Position numbers and translations under genes: made by a program. A stretch of 51,169 nt of DNA from an uncultured Candidatus Saccharibacteria bacterium (GTDB lineage: Bacteria; Patescibacteriota; Minisyncoccia; SW-4-49-11): positions 876-52,044 of the forward strand of contig CAZWIJ010000009.1 in NCBI GenBank assembly GCA_964633865.1. The letters are read 5' to 3'. The notes beneath the pieces are model-generated. The model was not told the origin of the DNA and made no database searches. It saw nothing but the letters and a program-made list of their open reading frames with translations. This document shows, one piece after another, positions 8,410 to 18,375 of this stretch. Numbering within the stretch: position 1 is the first letter of the stretch; every line of letters begins with the position of its first letter.

Positions 8410-9441
8410 ATGAAAAAAATTATAATAATATTGTCTGGATTTATTTTATTTATAGCTATATTATCTTATAGTAGTATAAAAAATATATTTAAACCTGAAG
8501 AGCAAGTATTCGCATCTATAGAAGAGAATACAGATAAAATAAACTTAAAAGAGGAAGAAATAGACAAGTCTAAAGGAATATATGTTCCTTTTCTTGCACA
8601 AAATCTTAGTAGTCCAGTTAAAGGTAGTAAAAATAAATTTGCTAATACTAATCAGTATTTTTTTAAACAAAAAAATGAACTACTTACTGAACTGAATTTA
8701 ACTGCAGAATCATATTATGTTGTAGATATAAAAACAAATCAAGTATTAGCTGAAAAAAATATTAGTGAATCAAGGCAGTTAGCTAGTATCACAAAAATAA
8801 TGACAGCAATGGTTGTTTTAGATGAATATAATATAGGTAAAGGAGATTATATAGAAATGACTGATACAGCTTTCGCAACTTACGGAGGAGATTCTCTTTT
8901 GGTTGGTGAAAAATTTAGAGTCGAAGATTTACTAAAAGCTACATTAATGGTTTCTAGTAATGATGCAGCAGCTTTATTGTCTGAACATTTTGGACCTGGT
9001 ACAGATTTATTTATGACGAAAATGAATAAAAAAGCTAAAGAAATAGGTATGTCTAATACTAATTTTGCTAATCCACATGGATTAGATTCTGGAGAAGATC
9101 ACTATAGTACATCTATTGATGTTATGAAAATGTTGATCTATTCTTTTGAAAAATATCCAGATATTTGGTCTATGTTACAGATAAAAGAAGAAACTATTAT
9201 CTCAGCTATGGGAAATCCTGTCAGAATAGGTAATACTAACTCTTTTATAGATATGTCATGGTCATTAGGAGGTAAAACTGGTCTTACGAACAAAGCTAAA
9301 GAAACTTTTGCTACTATATTTGATATACAAGGAAGAAAAGTGGGTATAGTAGTTCTTGGTTCTCGTGTTGGTGGATCGAGATTTGTGGATACAAGGAAAA
9401 TTAAAGAATGGGTAGAGATTAATTTCGAACAGAGAATATGA
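8410..9441 (+). CDS. D-alanyl-D-alanine carboxypeptidase (peptidase S11)
   Basis: SxxK (ASITK), SxN (SSND), FANPHGL, KTG triad; N-terminal anchor. Confidence 0.93.
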   Translation: MKKIIIILSGFILFIAILSYSSIKNIFKPEEQVFASIEENTDKINLKEEEIDKSKGIYVPFLAQNLSSPVKGSKNKFANTNQYFFKQKNELLTELNLTAESYYVVDIKTNQVLAEKNISESRQLASITKIMTAMVVLDEYNIGKGDYIEMTDTAFATYGGDSLLVGEKFRVEDLLKATLMVSSNDAAALLSEHFGPGTDLFMTKMNKKAKEIGMSNTNFANPHGLDSGEDHYSTSIDVMKMLIYSFEKYPDIWSMLQIKEETIISAMGNPVRIGNTNSFIDMSWSLGGKTGLTNKAKETFATIFDIQGRKVGIVVLGSRVGGSRFVDTRKIKEWVEINFEQRI

Positions 9442-10205
9442 TTATTACGGTAACAAATCAGAAAGGTGGAACAGGTAAGACTACAACTAGTATTAATCTA
9501 GCTGCTTATTTATCTTTGATGGGTAAAAAGATTTTATTAATAGATTTAGATCCACAAAGTAATGCTAGTAGTGGAATAGGATTTGATATTAATAATAAAA
9601 AAGGTTTATATGATTTGATGATAGAGGATAATATAGATATAAAAAAAGTACTTCATAAGACTAGATACAAAAACCTTGATATTGTCCCAGGTTCAAATGA
9701 TACAGCAGCCATAGGAGTAGAAATTATAAATTATCAAGATAGAGAATTTATTTTATATAATAAAATCCAATCTATGATACCTTTGTATGATTATATAATT
9801 ATAGATTCACCACCAAGTTTGGGTTTATTAACAATAAATGGATTAGTTGCAGGAGATAAGGTATTAATTCCAGTTCAATGTGAATATTATGCATTGGAAG
9901 GGTTGGGTCAATTATTGGAAACTGTAAAATTAATATCAAATAATCTTAAGCCAGATTTAGCTTTATTGGGAGCTGTATTAACAATGCATGATAAAAGAAA
10001 TAAATTGTCGCATCAAGTTTCAAAAGAAGTTCAGAAATATTTTCCAGGGTATGTTTTTGAGACTTTAATCCCAAGAAATGTTAGTCTTTCTGAAGCTCCA
10101 AGTTTTGGAAAAGCAATTCATGAATATGCTTTTTTATCAAGAGGAGCATTTGCATATAGATCCTTAGCAAATGAATTTATAAATTTATTAGAAAATAAAT
10201 CTTAA
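9438..10205 (+). CDS. parA: ParA/Soj family ATPase
   Basis: NQKGGTGKTT, IDLDPQ, IDSPPSLG, PVQCEYYALEG, IPRNVSLSEAPSFG. Confidence 0.95.
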   Translation: MIITVTNQKGGTGKTTTSINLAAYLSLMGKKILLIDLDPQSNASSGIGFDINNKKGLYDLMIEDNIDIKKVLHKTRYKNLDIVPGSNDTAAIGVEIINYQDREFILYNKIQSMIPLYDYIIIDSPPSLGLLTINGLVAGDKVLIPVQCEYYALEGLGQLLETVKLISNNLKPDLALLGAVLTMHDKRNKLSHQVSKEVQKYFPGYVFETLIPRNVSLSEAPSFGKAIHEYAFLSRGAFAYRSLANEFINLLENKS

Positions 10206-10209
10206 ATCT

Positions 10210-10599
10210 ATGTCTAGCATATTTACAAAAATTAGAAAAAAAGAAGTTGGAGGATATCTACTTGATGATAATGGAAGAGAATTTGCAATATTGGACATCA
10301 ATCCAAGCCAAATATGGCATACTCTAGTAATACCATATATAGAGACTGATTATATTTTTGATTTATCAGAGATTGAATATTTAAGTTTATGGCAATATGT
10401 GAAAAAAATTTCAGATAATTTAAAAATTATATCAGGTGCAAAAAGAATTGCAGTTTTTGTTGAGGGAATACAGGTACCTCATGTTCATATACATCTTGTT
10501 CCAATTAACAAAGAGTTTGATTTTACCCATAGAATTGATAAAAGCACATTGAATTTTGATGAACTAGTTTCTCAATATAAATCTAAATTTGTAAAATAA
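10210..10599 (+). CDS. HIT family hydrolase
   Basis: LDINP...HTLVIP and histidine triad VPHVHIHLVP. Confidence 0.9.
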   Translation: MSSIFTKIRKKEVGGYLLDDNGREFAILDINPSQIWHTLVIPYIETDYIFDLSEIEYLSLWQYVKKISDNLKIISGAKRIAVFVEGIQVPHVHIHLVPINKEFDFTHRIDKSTLNFDELVSQYKSKFVK

Positions 10600-12851
10600 T
10601 GGCTAAGAGAAAAAGTAATAAGAAACCAGAATTGATAAGTTCAGATGTAAAACAATCTATTTTAGCTTTGTTTATAATTTTAGTAGGAATTATAATTATA
10701 ATAGCTTTCAGTCAAGGAGGAGGAATTGTAGGTAAATTTACTTTGATGATCCTAAAAAACTTGTTTGGGGTAGGACAATATATTATTCCGGTATTCTTTA
10801 TTGTATTTGGAGGTACTCTTTTATTTAGAAGTACAAATACTAAAATTCTGTATATTAGATTAATTTTTATAACTTTAATAACAATTTCTTTTATCGGATT
10901 AATTCATTTATTACAATTTTCAACTATTCAAGATGGTATGGAAGCTTCTCGATTAGGTTTAGGAGGTGGATTATTAGGTCAACTTATATATTATTTGATA
11001 GGCTCTTTGTTGGGTAGAGTGGGAGCTATTATAATGTTAATAATTTTAATTATAGTCTTTGTATTAATTATATTTAATACAGCTATACATTTAGATTTTA
11101 TTTTAGATTTTATAAAAGATGTAATATTTAATAGAAATAATAAAGAAGTTATAGGAAATAATAATAATAAATCTCCTGTTACAAAAATGACTAAACAAGA
11201 GGTTGAAGCTTTAATGGAAAGTGAAAGTGTGTCTAATCTACCTAATAATTCATCTCTAAATCAAAGGATTTTTAAAAATAATGTTCCTTCCAATGATTCA
11301 AATAGTAAAGAAAATCCAGCTGAGATAAAAAATGATACTGAGATACGAGAAACAAAATTAAGTGCAACCAAAGATATGGAAATATTTAATTTACCAGAAT
11401 TGGAATTGTTAGATATTTCTGAAGATAAAGAAAAACCAAAAAGTGGTGATTTAAAGAAAAATGCAGAGATTATTAAAAGTACATTAGCAACTTTTGGAAT
11501 AGAAGTTGAAATGGGTAAAGTAGATGTTGGACCTAGTGTTACTAGATATATGTTAAGACCTTTTAATGGGGTGAAGTTATCTAGAATAACTTCTCTACAG
11601 AATGATTTAGCTCTAGCTTTAGCAGCACAATCAATTCGTATAGAAGCTCCAATTCCAGGAATGTCTTATGTTGGGATAGAAATTCCAAATGAAAAAAGAT
11701 CAATAGTTAGAATTAGAGATATATTTAATTCTAAAGAATTTCAAGAGAGTAAATTCCAATTACCTTTAGTTTTAGGTAAAAATGTTATGAATAAAGTAGT
11801 TGTTTTTCCTTTAGAAAAAATGCCTCATCTTTTAATTGCAGGAGCTACAGGAGCAGGGAAATCTATGGGATTAAATGCAATGATACTTTCTATGTTGTAT
11901 AGAAATCCACCTTCACAATTAAAATTACTTTTTGTTGATCCTAAGAGAGTTGAGTTATCTACTTATAATGGAATACCTCATTTATTAACTCCAGCAATAG
12001 TTAGTCCAGAGAAAGCAATGAACTCATTAAATTGGTGTGTATCAGAGATGGAAAGAAGATATGAAGTTTTATCTAAAGCTGGATCAAGAAATATATTTAC
12101 TTATAATGAATTAGTTGTAAAACAAAAAAATAATTTAGGTGATGTGGGAGTGGATGAAGATATTCTTGAATATATGCCTTTTATCGTAGTTGTAATTGAT
12201 GAATTAGCAGATCTTATGACAACACATAAAAAAGAAGTAGAAGGAGCTATAGTGAGAATTGCTCAAATGGCAAGAGCAGTTGGGATTCATCTAATATTGG
12301 CAACTCAAAGACCATCAACAGATGTTATTACTGGACTGATTAAAGCTAATCTTCCATCTAGAATAAGTTTTCAAGTAGCATCTCAGATAGATTCTAGAAC
12401 AATCCTAGATGCAATGGGAGCTGAAAAACTATTAGGAATGGGAGATATGCTTTTTGTGGGTGGTGATTTAGCTAAATCGCAAAGAATTCAAGGGCCATTC
12501 GTGCCAGAACATGAGGTGAAAGCAGTTGTTGAATATCTGAAAAATCAATCTATGGAGGAATATGATAATTCAATTACAGAGGCAAATGTTCCAAAAACTT
12601 TTTATCAAAAAGGAGGAGATCAAGCTTTAGAAGGAGCAGACAATTTATTTGAAGAAGCTAAAGATTTAGTTTTGCAAACAAAAAAAGGATCAGCCTCTCT
12701 TTTACAAAGAAGATTAAAAATAGGATATGCAAGAGCAGCGAGAATACTAGATGAATTAGAAGAAGCTGGAATAATTGGTCCAGCAGATGGTTCTAAACCA
12801 AGAGAAGTGTATGGAGATAATTACGATAACAACTCAGATGACCAAATCTAA
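10599..12851 (+). CDS. ftsK: DNA translocase FtsK
   Basis: Four N-terminal TM segments, IRIEAPIPG, HLLIAGATGAGKS, IDELADLM, ATQRPS, gamma domain LQRRLKIGYARAAR. Confidence 0.97.
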   Translation: MAKRKSNKKPELISSDVKQSILALFIILVGIIIIIAFSQGGGIVGKFTLMILKNLFGVGQYIIPVFFIVFGGTLLFRSTNTKILYIRLIFITLITISFIGLIHLLQFSTIQDGMEASRLGLGGGLLGQLIYYLIGSLLGRVGAIIMLIILIIVFVLIIFNTAIHLDFILDFIKDVIFNRNNKEVIGNNNNKSPVTKMTKQEVEALMESESVSNLPNNSSLNQRIFKNNVPSNDSNSKENPAEIKNDTEIRETKLSATKDMEIFNLPELELLDISEDKEKPKSGDLKKNAEIIKSTLATFGIEVEMGKVDVGPSVTRYMLRPFNGVKLSRITSLQNDLALALAAQSIRIEAPIPGMSYVGIEIPNEKRSIVRIRDIFNSKEFQESKFQLPLVLGKNVMNKVVVFPLEKMPHLLIAGATGAGKSMGLNAMILSMLYRNPPSQLKLLFVDPKRVELSTYNGIPHLLTPAIVSPEKAMNSLNWCVSEMERRYEVLSKAGSRNIFTYNELVVKQKNNLGDVGVDEDILEYMPFIVVVIDELADLMTTHKKEVEGAIVRIAQMARAVGIHLILATQRPSTDVITGLIKANLPSRISFQVASQIDSRTILDAMGAEKLLGMGDMLFVGGDLAKSQRIQGPFVPEHEVKAVVEYLKNQSMEEYDNSITEANVPKTFYQKGGDQALEGADNLFEEAKDLVLQTKKGSASLLQRRLKIGYARAARILDELEEAGIIGPADGSKPREVYGDNYDNNSDDQI

Positions 12852-13479
12852 TCCAAAACTATCTTACATTATTCAAAGATATAGGTATAAAAAAGGATAT
12901 ACTATAGAAAATCTAGCATCAATAGTTTCTGTAGATCCAAATTATATTAAATCTATAGAACTTGATAACTATAATAAAATAATTCCAAATAAAGAGATAA
13001 AATCAATTCTGAAGAAATTATGTTATGCTCTAAATTTAAAATATTATAAGATATTGAATTTATATGAAAAAGAAAAATTTGATCATATAAACATTTATTA
13101 TAAGAAAGACCACATTAAAAATTTAATTAACAATACTTCTATAAATAACCAAACAATAAGAGGTATGGTATTGTTTTTGGGAGCATTTTTAATTGTGAGT
13201 TATATAAGTTATCAAATTTATTTTTTTGTAAAGATTCCTAAAGTTAGTCTATCTAATTTAAATGAAATAGAATATGTAGAAAATGAAGAATATTATTTGA
13301 AAGGATCAACAGATCCAAATTCACAGTTGACTTTAAATGGTCAAAGAGTTAAAATTAATACAGATGGTGATTTTGATTTTAAACTAAATTTAAATAAAGG
13401 TGTGAATGTATTTAAATTTGTAGTTAGTAAAAATAATCGGTCTAAAGTCACTATATTAAAAAGGGTTTATTTAAAATAA
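12838..13479 (+). CDS. RodZ-like HTH protein with TM helix and C-terminal Ig-like domain
   Basis: Likely start ATG 12838 (MTKSNPK); XRE-like HTH (YTIENLASIVSVDPNYIKSIE), one TM, beta-rich C-terminus; downstream of ftsK as rodZ often is. Confidence 0.7.
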   Translation: MTKSNPKLSYIIQRYRYKKGYTIENLASIVSVDPNYIKSIELDNYNKIIPNKEIKSILKKLCYALNLKYYKILNLYEKEKFDHINIYYKKDHIKNLINNTSINNQTIRGMVLFLGAFLIVSYISYQIYFFVKIPKVSLSNLNEIEYVENEEYYLKGSTDPNSQLTLNGQRVKINTDGDFDFKLNLNKGVNVFKFVVSKNNRSKVTILKRVYLK

Positions 13480-13483
13480 TTTT

Positions 13484-14740
13484 ATGATTACTATAACAGA
13501 TATTTATGGATATGAAGTATTAGATTCTAGAGGGAATCCTACTACAGCAGCTAAAGTAACATTGTCAGATGGAACTGTGTCAAGAGCCTATGTTCCTTCT
13601 GGAGCATCCACGGGTATTCATGAGGCTTTGGAATTAAGAGATAAAGATAAAAATAGATTTCATGGTAAAGGAGTATTAAAAGCAGTAGAAAATATTAATA
13701 CAAAAATCAAATCTTCTCTAGTTGGAGTAGATCCTTTCAATCAAAAAAACATAGATCAAATTATGTTAGATTTAGATGGGACCTCTAATAAAGAAGTTTT
13801 GGGATCAAATGCAATTTTAGCAGTTTCATTAGCAGTGGCAAGAGCAGGTGCTATTTCAAAAGGAGTTCCTTTATATACTTATTTATATGATTTATATCAA
13901 GAATATGAAGAGACAACATTAATTATTCCTGAACCAGGATTTAATGTACTAAATGGTGGAGCCCATGCTGACTCAGGTTTAGATATTCAAGAATTTATGT
14001 TGATGCCTCAGTTAGGAAGTATTAAAGAAAATGTGAGAGCAGGTTCAGAAATCTATCATGCTTTGAAAGATTTATTATCAAAAGAAGGGTATACTGTTTC
14101 AGTTGGAGATGAAGGAGGATTTGCTCCACAATTACCAAATAATAAAGAGGCTTTAGTTTTGTTGAAAAAAGCAATTGAAAACTCAGGATATTTGCTAGGT
14201 AAAAATATTTTGTTGGCATTAGATGTTGCTGCAACTGAATTTTATAATAAAGAAAAAGATGTTTATACTTTAGGTGGGAGTGAAAAGAAGCCACAAGATT
14301 TGATTGATATGTATTTAGAATGGATCAAAGAATATTCGATTATTTCTATTGAAGATCCTTTTTCAGAAGATGACTTTACTTCTTGGAACAAATTTATGAC
14401 AACATTACCAGAAGGAGTAAGAGCAGTAGGAGATGACCTCTTAGTTACAAATGTAGAAAGAATAAATCTTTCCATAGAAAAAAATCTTTGTAATGCTGTT
14501 TTGATAAAACCAAATCAAATTGGTTCCCTAACAGAAACAATGCAGGCAATAGCATTAAGTCATAAAAATGGTATGTCAACAATGATATCTCATAGAAGTG
14601 GAGATACAAGTGATGATTTTATTGCGGATCTAGGAGTTGCAACCAGATGTGAATATATCAAATCAGGAGCATTATCAAGGTCAGAAAGAACAGCAAAATA
14701 TAATAGACTAATCGAAATAGAACAAGATTTAAGTTTATAA
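13484..14740 (+). CDS. eno: Enolase
   Basis: LDSRGNPT, VPSGASTG, NGGAHA, DIQEFM, GDEGG, LIKPNQIG, SHRSG, RSERTAKYN. Confidence 0.98.
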   Translation: MITITDIYGYEVLDSRGNPTTAAKVTLSDGTVSRAYVPSGASTGIHEALELRDKDKNRFHGKGVLKAVENINTKIKSSLVGVDPFNQKNIDQIMLDLDGTSNKEVLGSNAILAVSLAVARAGAISKGVPLYTYLYDLYQEYEETTLIIPEPGFNVLNGGAHADSGLDIQEFMLMPQLGSIKENVRAGSEIYHALKDLLSKEGYTVSVGDEGGFAPQLPNNKEALVLLKKAIENSGYLLGKNILLALDVAATEFYNKEKDVYTLGGSEKKPQDLIDMYLEWIKEYSIISIEDPFSEDDFTSWNKFMTTLPEGVRAVGDDLLVTNVERINLSIEKNLCNAVLIKPNQIGSLTETMQAIALSHKNGMSTMISHRSGDTSDDFIADLGVATRCEYIKSGALSRSERTAKYNRLIEIEQDLSL

Positions 14741-14763
14741 AAATTTTTAACCAATTAAATAAT

Positions 14764-15372
14764 ATGGAAAATGAAACAAAAAGAAAAACCTATAATATAT
14801 TGTTAGTAGAAGATGATATTAATACTAATAATATGTATGCTGAAAGAATAGGAAGAGAATTTGAGTTTAATGTAATTAAAACTTATGATGGACTCGAAGG
14901 GTTAAGGAAATTAAATTATCTTTCAAATGAAAATATTTCTGTAGACCTTATATTTACAGGAATAGAAATGCCAAATATGGGAGGATTTGAATTAATTGAA
15001 TCTATCCAAAAAAATCCTAAATTCTCTTCTATTCCCACTATGATATCTAGTCATTTAGGTAGAACATCAGATTTTGATAGAGCAAAAAGATTGGGAGTTC
15101 AGCATTTTATAGTTAGAGGAGAAACTACTCCAAATCAAGTAGTCAGAATTATTAAAGAAGTTCTATTAGAATCCCATAATTCAAGTTATAATCTAAAAAT
15201 TAACCCTAATTCAGAAGATTATAGAAAATTTGTAAAAGATCTTTTTGGTCTAGAGTGCTCTAATTGTAATAGAGATGATCAAATGCCAGTCAAGATATCT
15301 TTAGTTAAATCAGGAAAAACAAATTTATTTTCTATCGAACAAGATTGTAATCATTGTAAGAAAAAAATATGA
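14764..15372 (+). CDS. Atypical receiver-domain protein with C-terminal CxxC...CxxC
   Basis: ILLVEDD, DLIFTGIEMP (Gly at the phospho-acceptor Asp site), CSNC and CNHC at the C-terminus. Confidence 0.8.
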   Translation: MENETKRKTYNILLVEDDINTNNMYAERIGREFEFNVIKTYDGLEGLRKLNYLSNENISVDLIFTGIEMPNMGGFELIESIQKNPKFSSIPTMISSHLGRTSDFDRAKRLGVQHFIVRGETTPNQVVRIIKEVLLESHNSSYNLKINPNSEDYRKFVKDLFGLECSNCNRDDQMPVKISLVKSGKTNLFSIEQDCNHCKKKI

Positions 15373-17216
15373 AGAAAATAATCAAAGAATGGATCCTAAA
15401 AGAACCTATTTCAAGTGTTGAATTCTCAAAATACCCAGAGTTACCTGAAATTATAGTAAAGTTATTATATGATAGAGAAATATCAAAAAAAGATTCTATA
15501 GATAATTTTTTGAATCCAGATTATGCAGATTTATTGGATCCTTTTTTGATTAAAGATATGAGAAAAGCCATAGATAGAATATTTATGGCAGCATCTAAAA
15601 AACAAAAAATATTAATTTTTGGAGATTATGATGCAGATGGTATTAGTGGAGCCATGATATTATATCAATCTGTAGCTAAAGTATATCAGATAATGAATAG
15701 CTCTTCTACAATGACTTTCTCTAATGATATGAGTTCTGTCTCCCGTGAAAATTTGGATATATATATTCCAGATAGAGCAAAAGAAGGATATGGACTTAAT
15801 GATGAGACTTTGAACTCGGTATTACAAAAAAGCCCAAATTTAATTATTACAGTAGATTGTGGAGTCACAAGTGAAAGTCAGATCAAAATTTTACAAGAAC
15901 AGAATATAGATGTTATAGTAGTTGACCATCATTCAGTCCCAGAAGTAATGCCACCAGCACATTCTATTATTGTTCCTAAAAGAGTTCAAGATCCCTATCC
16001 ATTCAAAGATTTATGTGGAGCAGGATTGGCTTTCAAGGTAGGCTCAGCTTTAATAAAAGAATTACAGTTTCAAGGTTTTGGACATTTAATTCCAGAAGGA
16101 TTTGAAAAATGGTTATTAGATTTTGCGGCTATTGGTACAATTGCAGATATGGTACCTTTGAAAGGGGAAAATAGAATAATTGTAAAATATGGTTTATATG
16201 TTTTAGCTAAGACTAAAAATTTAGGTTTAAAAAAATTACTAGAAGTAAGTAAGATAAAAGCAGAAACTCTAGAATTATTTTCAGATGGAAAAAAAGATTC
16301 AGTCATAAGTGTTTATTCAGTAGGATTCCAAATAGCTCCAAGAATAAATTCAGCAGGCCGAATAGCTCATGCTAATATGGCGGTTGAGCTATTTAGATCA
16401 ACTAGTGAGACAGAAGCAAAACAACTGGCTATGGATCTCAACTTATTAAATGAAGATAGAAAGACATTGACCGAAGAAGTAATGAAACAAGTAGAACAAA
16501 GACTACAAAATTATGGAGAATTGTTTGATAGAATGAATTTAATTTTTGAAGGAGATGAGAATTGGCCATCAGGTATTTTGGGAATAGTAGCTGGGAGATT
16601 AATGGAAAAATATTATAAACCAGTCATATTATTTCAGAAAAAAAATCATCTTAATGTAGCCTCTGCTAGAAGTATAAAAGGATTTGATTTGGCTAAGACA
16701 ATACACTCTATAAAACCCTATTTAGAAGCTGGAGGAGGTCATGCACAGGCGGCAGGAATGTCATTCCAACCAAATAATACTCAACAAATCAAAGATATAT
16801 TTAAAGAAGAGATAGAAAAATCTTTAAATATAGATCAAATGAATCCAAAACTATTTATAGATGCAGAAATAAGTTCAAATGATATATCTTGGAAAACATA
16901 TGATTCATTAGTTAAGTTATCTCCATATGGAATTGCTAATCCAGAGCCAATCTTTATAGTGAAAAAAATGATGATAAAAAATTTTGAGTTGATAGGGCAA
17001 GATAAAAATCATATCAAAGTTTTCTTCCAACCAGAAGTAACAGCCGGATTAGTAACAACATACCAAGCGATAGGCTTTAATTTATCACATTTGATGGAAG
17101 AAATTTATGAAAAAGATATTGTTGATATAGTTTTTAAATTGGATGTTAATGAATGGAATGATAAAAGGGATTTACAGTTAAATTTATTAGATATGAGAAA
17201 GTCAGATAGAAGATAG
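15369..17216 (+). CDS. recJ: Single-stranded DNA exonuclease RecJ
   Basis: GDYDADG, EGYGL, ITVDCG, VDHH, DLCGAG, IGTIADMVPL, APRINSAGR, GGGHAQAAG. Confidence 0.97.
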   Translation: MKKIIKEWILKEPISSVEFSKYPELPEIIVKLLYDREISKKDSIDNFLNPDYADLLDPFLIKDMRKAIDRIFMAASKKQKILIFGDYDADGISGAMILYQSVAKVYQIMNSSSTMTFSNDMSSVSRENLDIYIPDRAKEGYGLNDETLNSVLQKSPNLIITVDCGVTSESQIKILQEQNIDVIVVDHHSVPEVMPPAHSIIVPKRVQDPYPFKDLCGAGLAFKVGSALIKELQFQGFGHLIPEGFEKWLLDFAAIGTIADMVPLKGENRIIVKYGLYVLAKTKNLGLKKLLEVSKIKAETLELFSDGKKDSVISVYSVGFQIAPRINSAGRIAHANMAVELFRSTSETEAKQLAMDLNLLNEDRKTLTEEVMKQVEQRLQNYGELFDRMNLIFEGDENWPSGILGIVAGRLMEKYYKPVILFQKKNHLNVASARSIKGFDLAKTIHSIKPYLEAGGGHAQAAGMSFQPNNTQQIKDIFKEEIEKSLNIDQMNPKLFIDAEISSNDISWKTYDSLVKLSPYGIANPEPIFIVKKMMIKNFELIGQDKNHIKVFFQPEVTAGLVTTYQAIGFNLSHLMEEIYEKDIVDIVFKLDVNEWNDKRDLQLNLLDMRKSDRR

Positions 17217-17440
17217 AAATAAATTTGAAATAATCAAATCGGATGATGATTTTTTGGAAAGGAGTTATATTTTTTTGTTAAAATGTTTTTTTATTTAATA
17301 ACAATAGTTTTTGGTTAAAAGTACTAAAATCTTTTTTAAAATAAAGGTTTTTCAGTAAGTTCTCACAGATATTTTAAGTTTTATTGAGATTTATCCGTAT
17401 GACATATTATATAATGTATGTTTTTTTCTTAATAAAGTTA

Positions 17441-18109
17441 TTAATTCCAGCCAAGAAAATAAACAATCCCAGCAATAATTATTCCACTAATTATTGTAGT
17501 AACTAAAGGGTGATTTGTTATAATCTTTATCAAATTAAACCATTTTCCTTTACTAGGTTGTGATTTGGTAGTTAGTTTTTTATCTATTGATTTTAAAGAT
17601 TCTATGATTTTTTTTCTGGTTTCTCCATTTGGGTCAAAGATTATTTTATTATATTTTTTATCTAAAACTTCAATTACCTTATCATCAGTAATTTCGAAAA
17701 TTTTTTTTAAACCTAATAATTCGGTGTATGCCCCTTCTATCCAATCTTTACATGAACCATCTGTATCTCCTCCTATTACATATATAGTGGTCGAAGAATA
17801 TTCAAAGCTTATGTTTATCCCGATTTGTTTATATTTATATCTATCTAATTCGAATAATGACTCACCCTCTCTTACACTAATTTTAACATTTGAAATAATG
17901 TCATTGTTAGATAAAATCAAGGAAACTTCTTTTGAGTATTCATCAAATGATTCACAAATTCTTGTATGACCTTCTTGTGACTCCAAAAGGATTTCTACAT
18001 TTGATTCTGGAAATCTTCGCACAAAAAATTCATAAAGTTTTTGTATGTCTAGGGAAGACACAATCCAATGATTAATTTCTATGTTTGGTTTACTATACTC
18101 GTTTCTCAT
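17441..18109 (-). CDS. Hypothetical protein with C-terminal membrane anchor
   Basis: 222-aa ORF ending HPLVTTIISGIIIAGIVYFLGWN; has its own promoter. Confidence 0.7.
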   Translation of the reverse strand: MRNEYSKPNIEINHWIVSSLDIQKLYEFFVRRFPESNVEILLESQEGHTRICESFDEYSKEVSLILSNNDIISNVKISVREGESLFELDRYKYKQIGINISFEYSSTTIYVIGGDTDGSCKDWIEGAYTELLGLKKIFEITDDKVIEVLDKKYNKIIFDPNGETRKKIIESLKSIDKKLTTKSQPSKGKWFNLIKIITNHPLVTTIISGIIIAGIVYFLGWN

Positions 18110-18127
18110 ATATTTAATTGTGTATAT

Positions 18128-18156
18128 ATTATATAATTTTTAAATGTAAAATGCAA
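18128..18156 (-). promoter_or_regulatory. Sigma70 promoter of gene 17441-18109
   Basis: Minus strand TTGCAT (18156-18151), 17-bp spacer, TATAAT (18133-18128). Confidence 0.65.
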
Positions 18157-18223
18157 GTTTGTAATAATCTACCTGCCTGAGCAGACTGGTGCATAAGCAT
18201 ATAATTGCTAAGTTTTTAAAAAT

Positions 18224-18257
18224 AAAAAAGCTCGATGATATAATTTATTATCGAGCT
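18224..18257 (-). terminator. Intrinsic terminator downstream of the adhesin-sortase unit
   Basis: agctcgatgata-taatt-tattatcgagct hairpin preceded on + by A6, which is a U-tract on the minus strand. Confidence 0.75.
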
Positions 18258-18375
18258 AAATTAGAAAAATAATACTTAAATCTTTCATTCTACCCCTGAA
18301 AATCAATTGCTCTTATAGTGAAAATCAAAATAAAAAGAATCAATATTAAGATAATATTTTGGATACAGAGAATAA

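Noticed and set aside
10312-10320. HIT protein has WHTLV where GHTLV is usual, a possible recoding hint
   Set aside because: The codon is TGG, and TGG reads as conserved Trp elsewhere in the window. This is a single substitution.
17217-17440. Possible oriC or dif (TTATCCGTA, AT-rich tract) and an SD-like AAAGGAG after recJ
   Set aside because: There is no cluster of good TTATCCACA boxes, no dnaA, the dif spacing is wrong and no ORF follows the SD-like word.
18186-18213. CTGGTGCATAA-GCATAT-AATTGCTAAGT as a dif site
   Set aside because: The left arm resembles a XerC arm, but the right arm lacks the conserved TTATG core.
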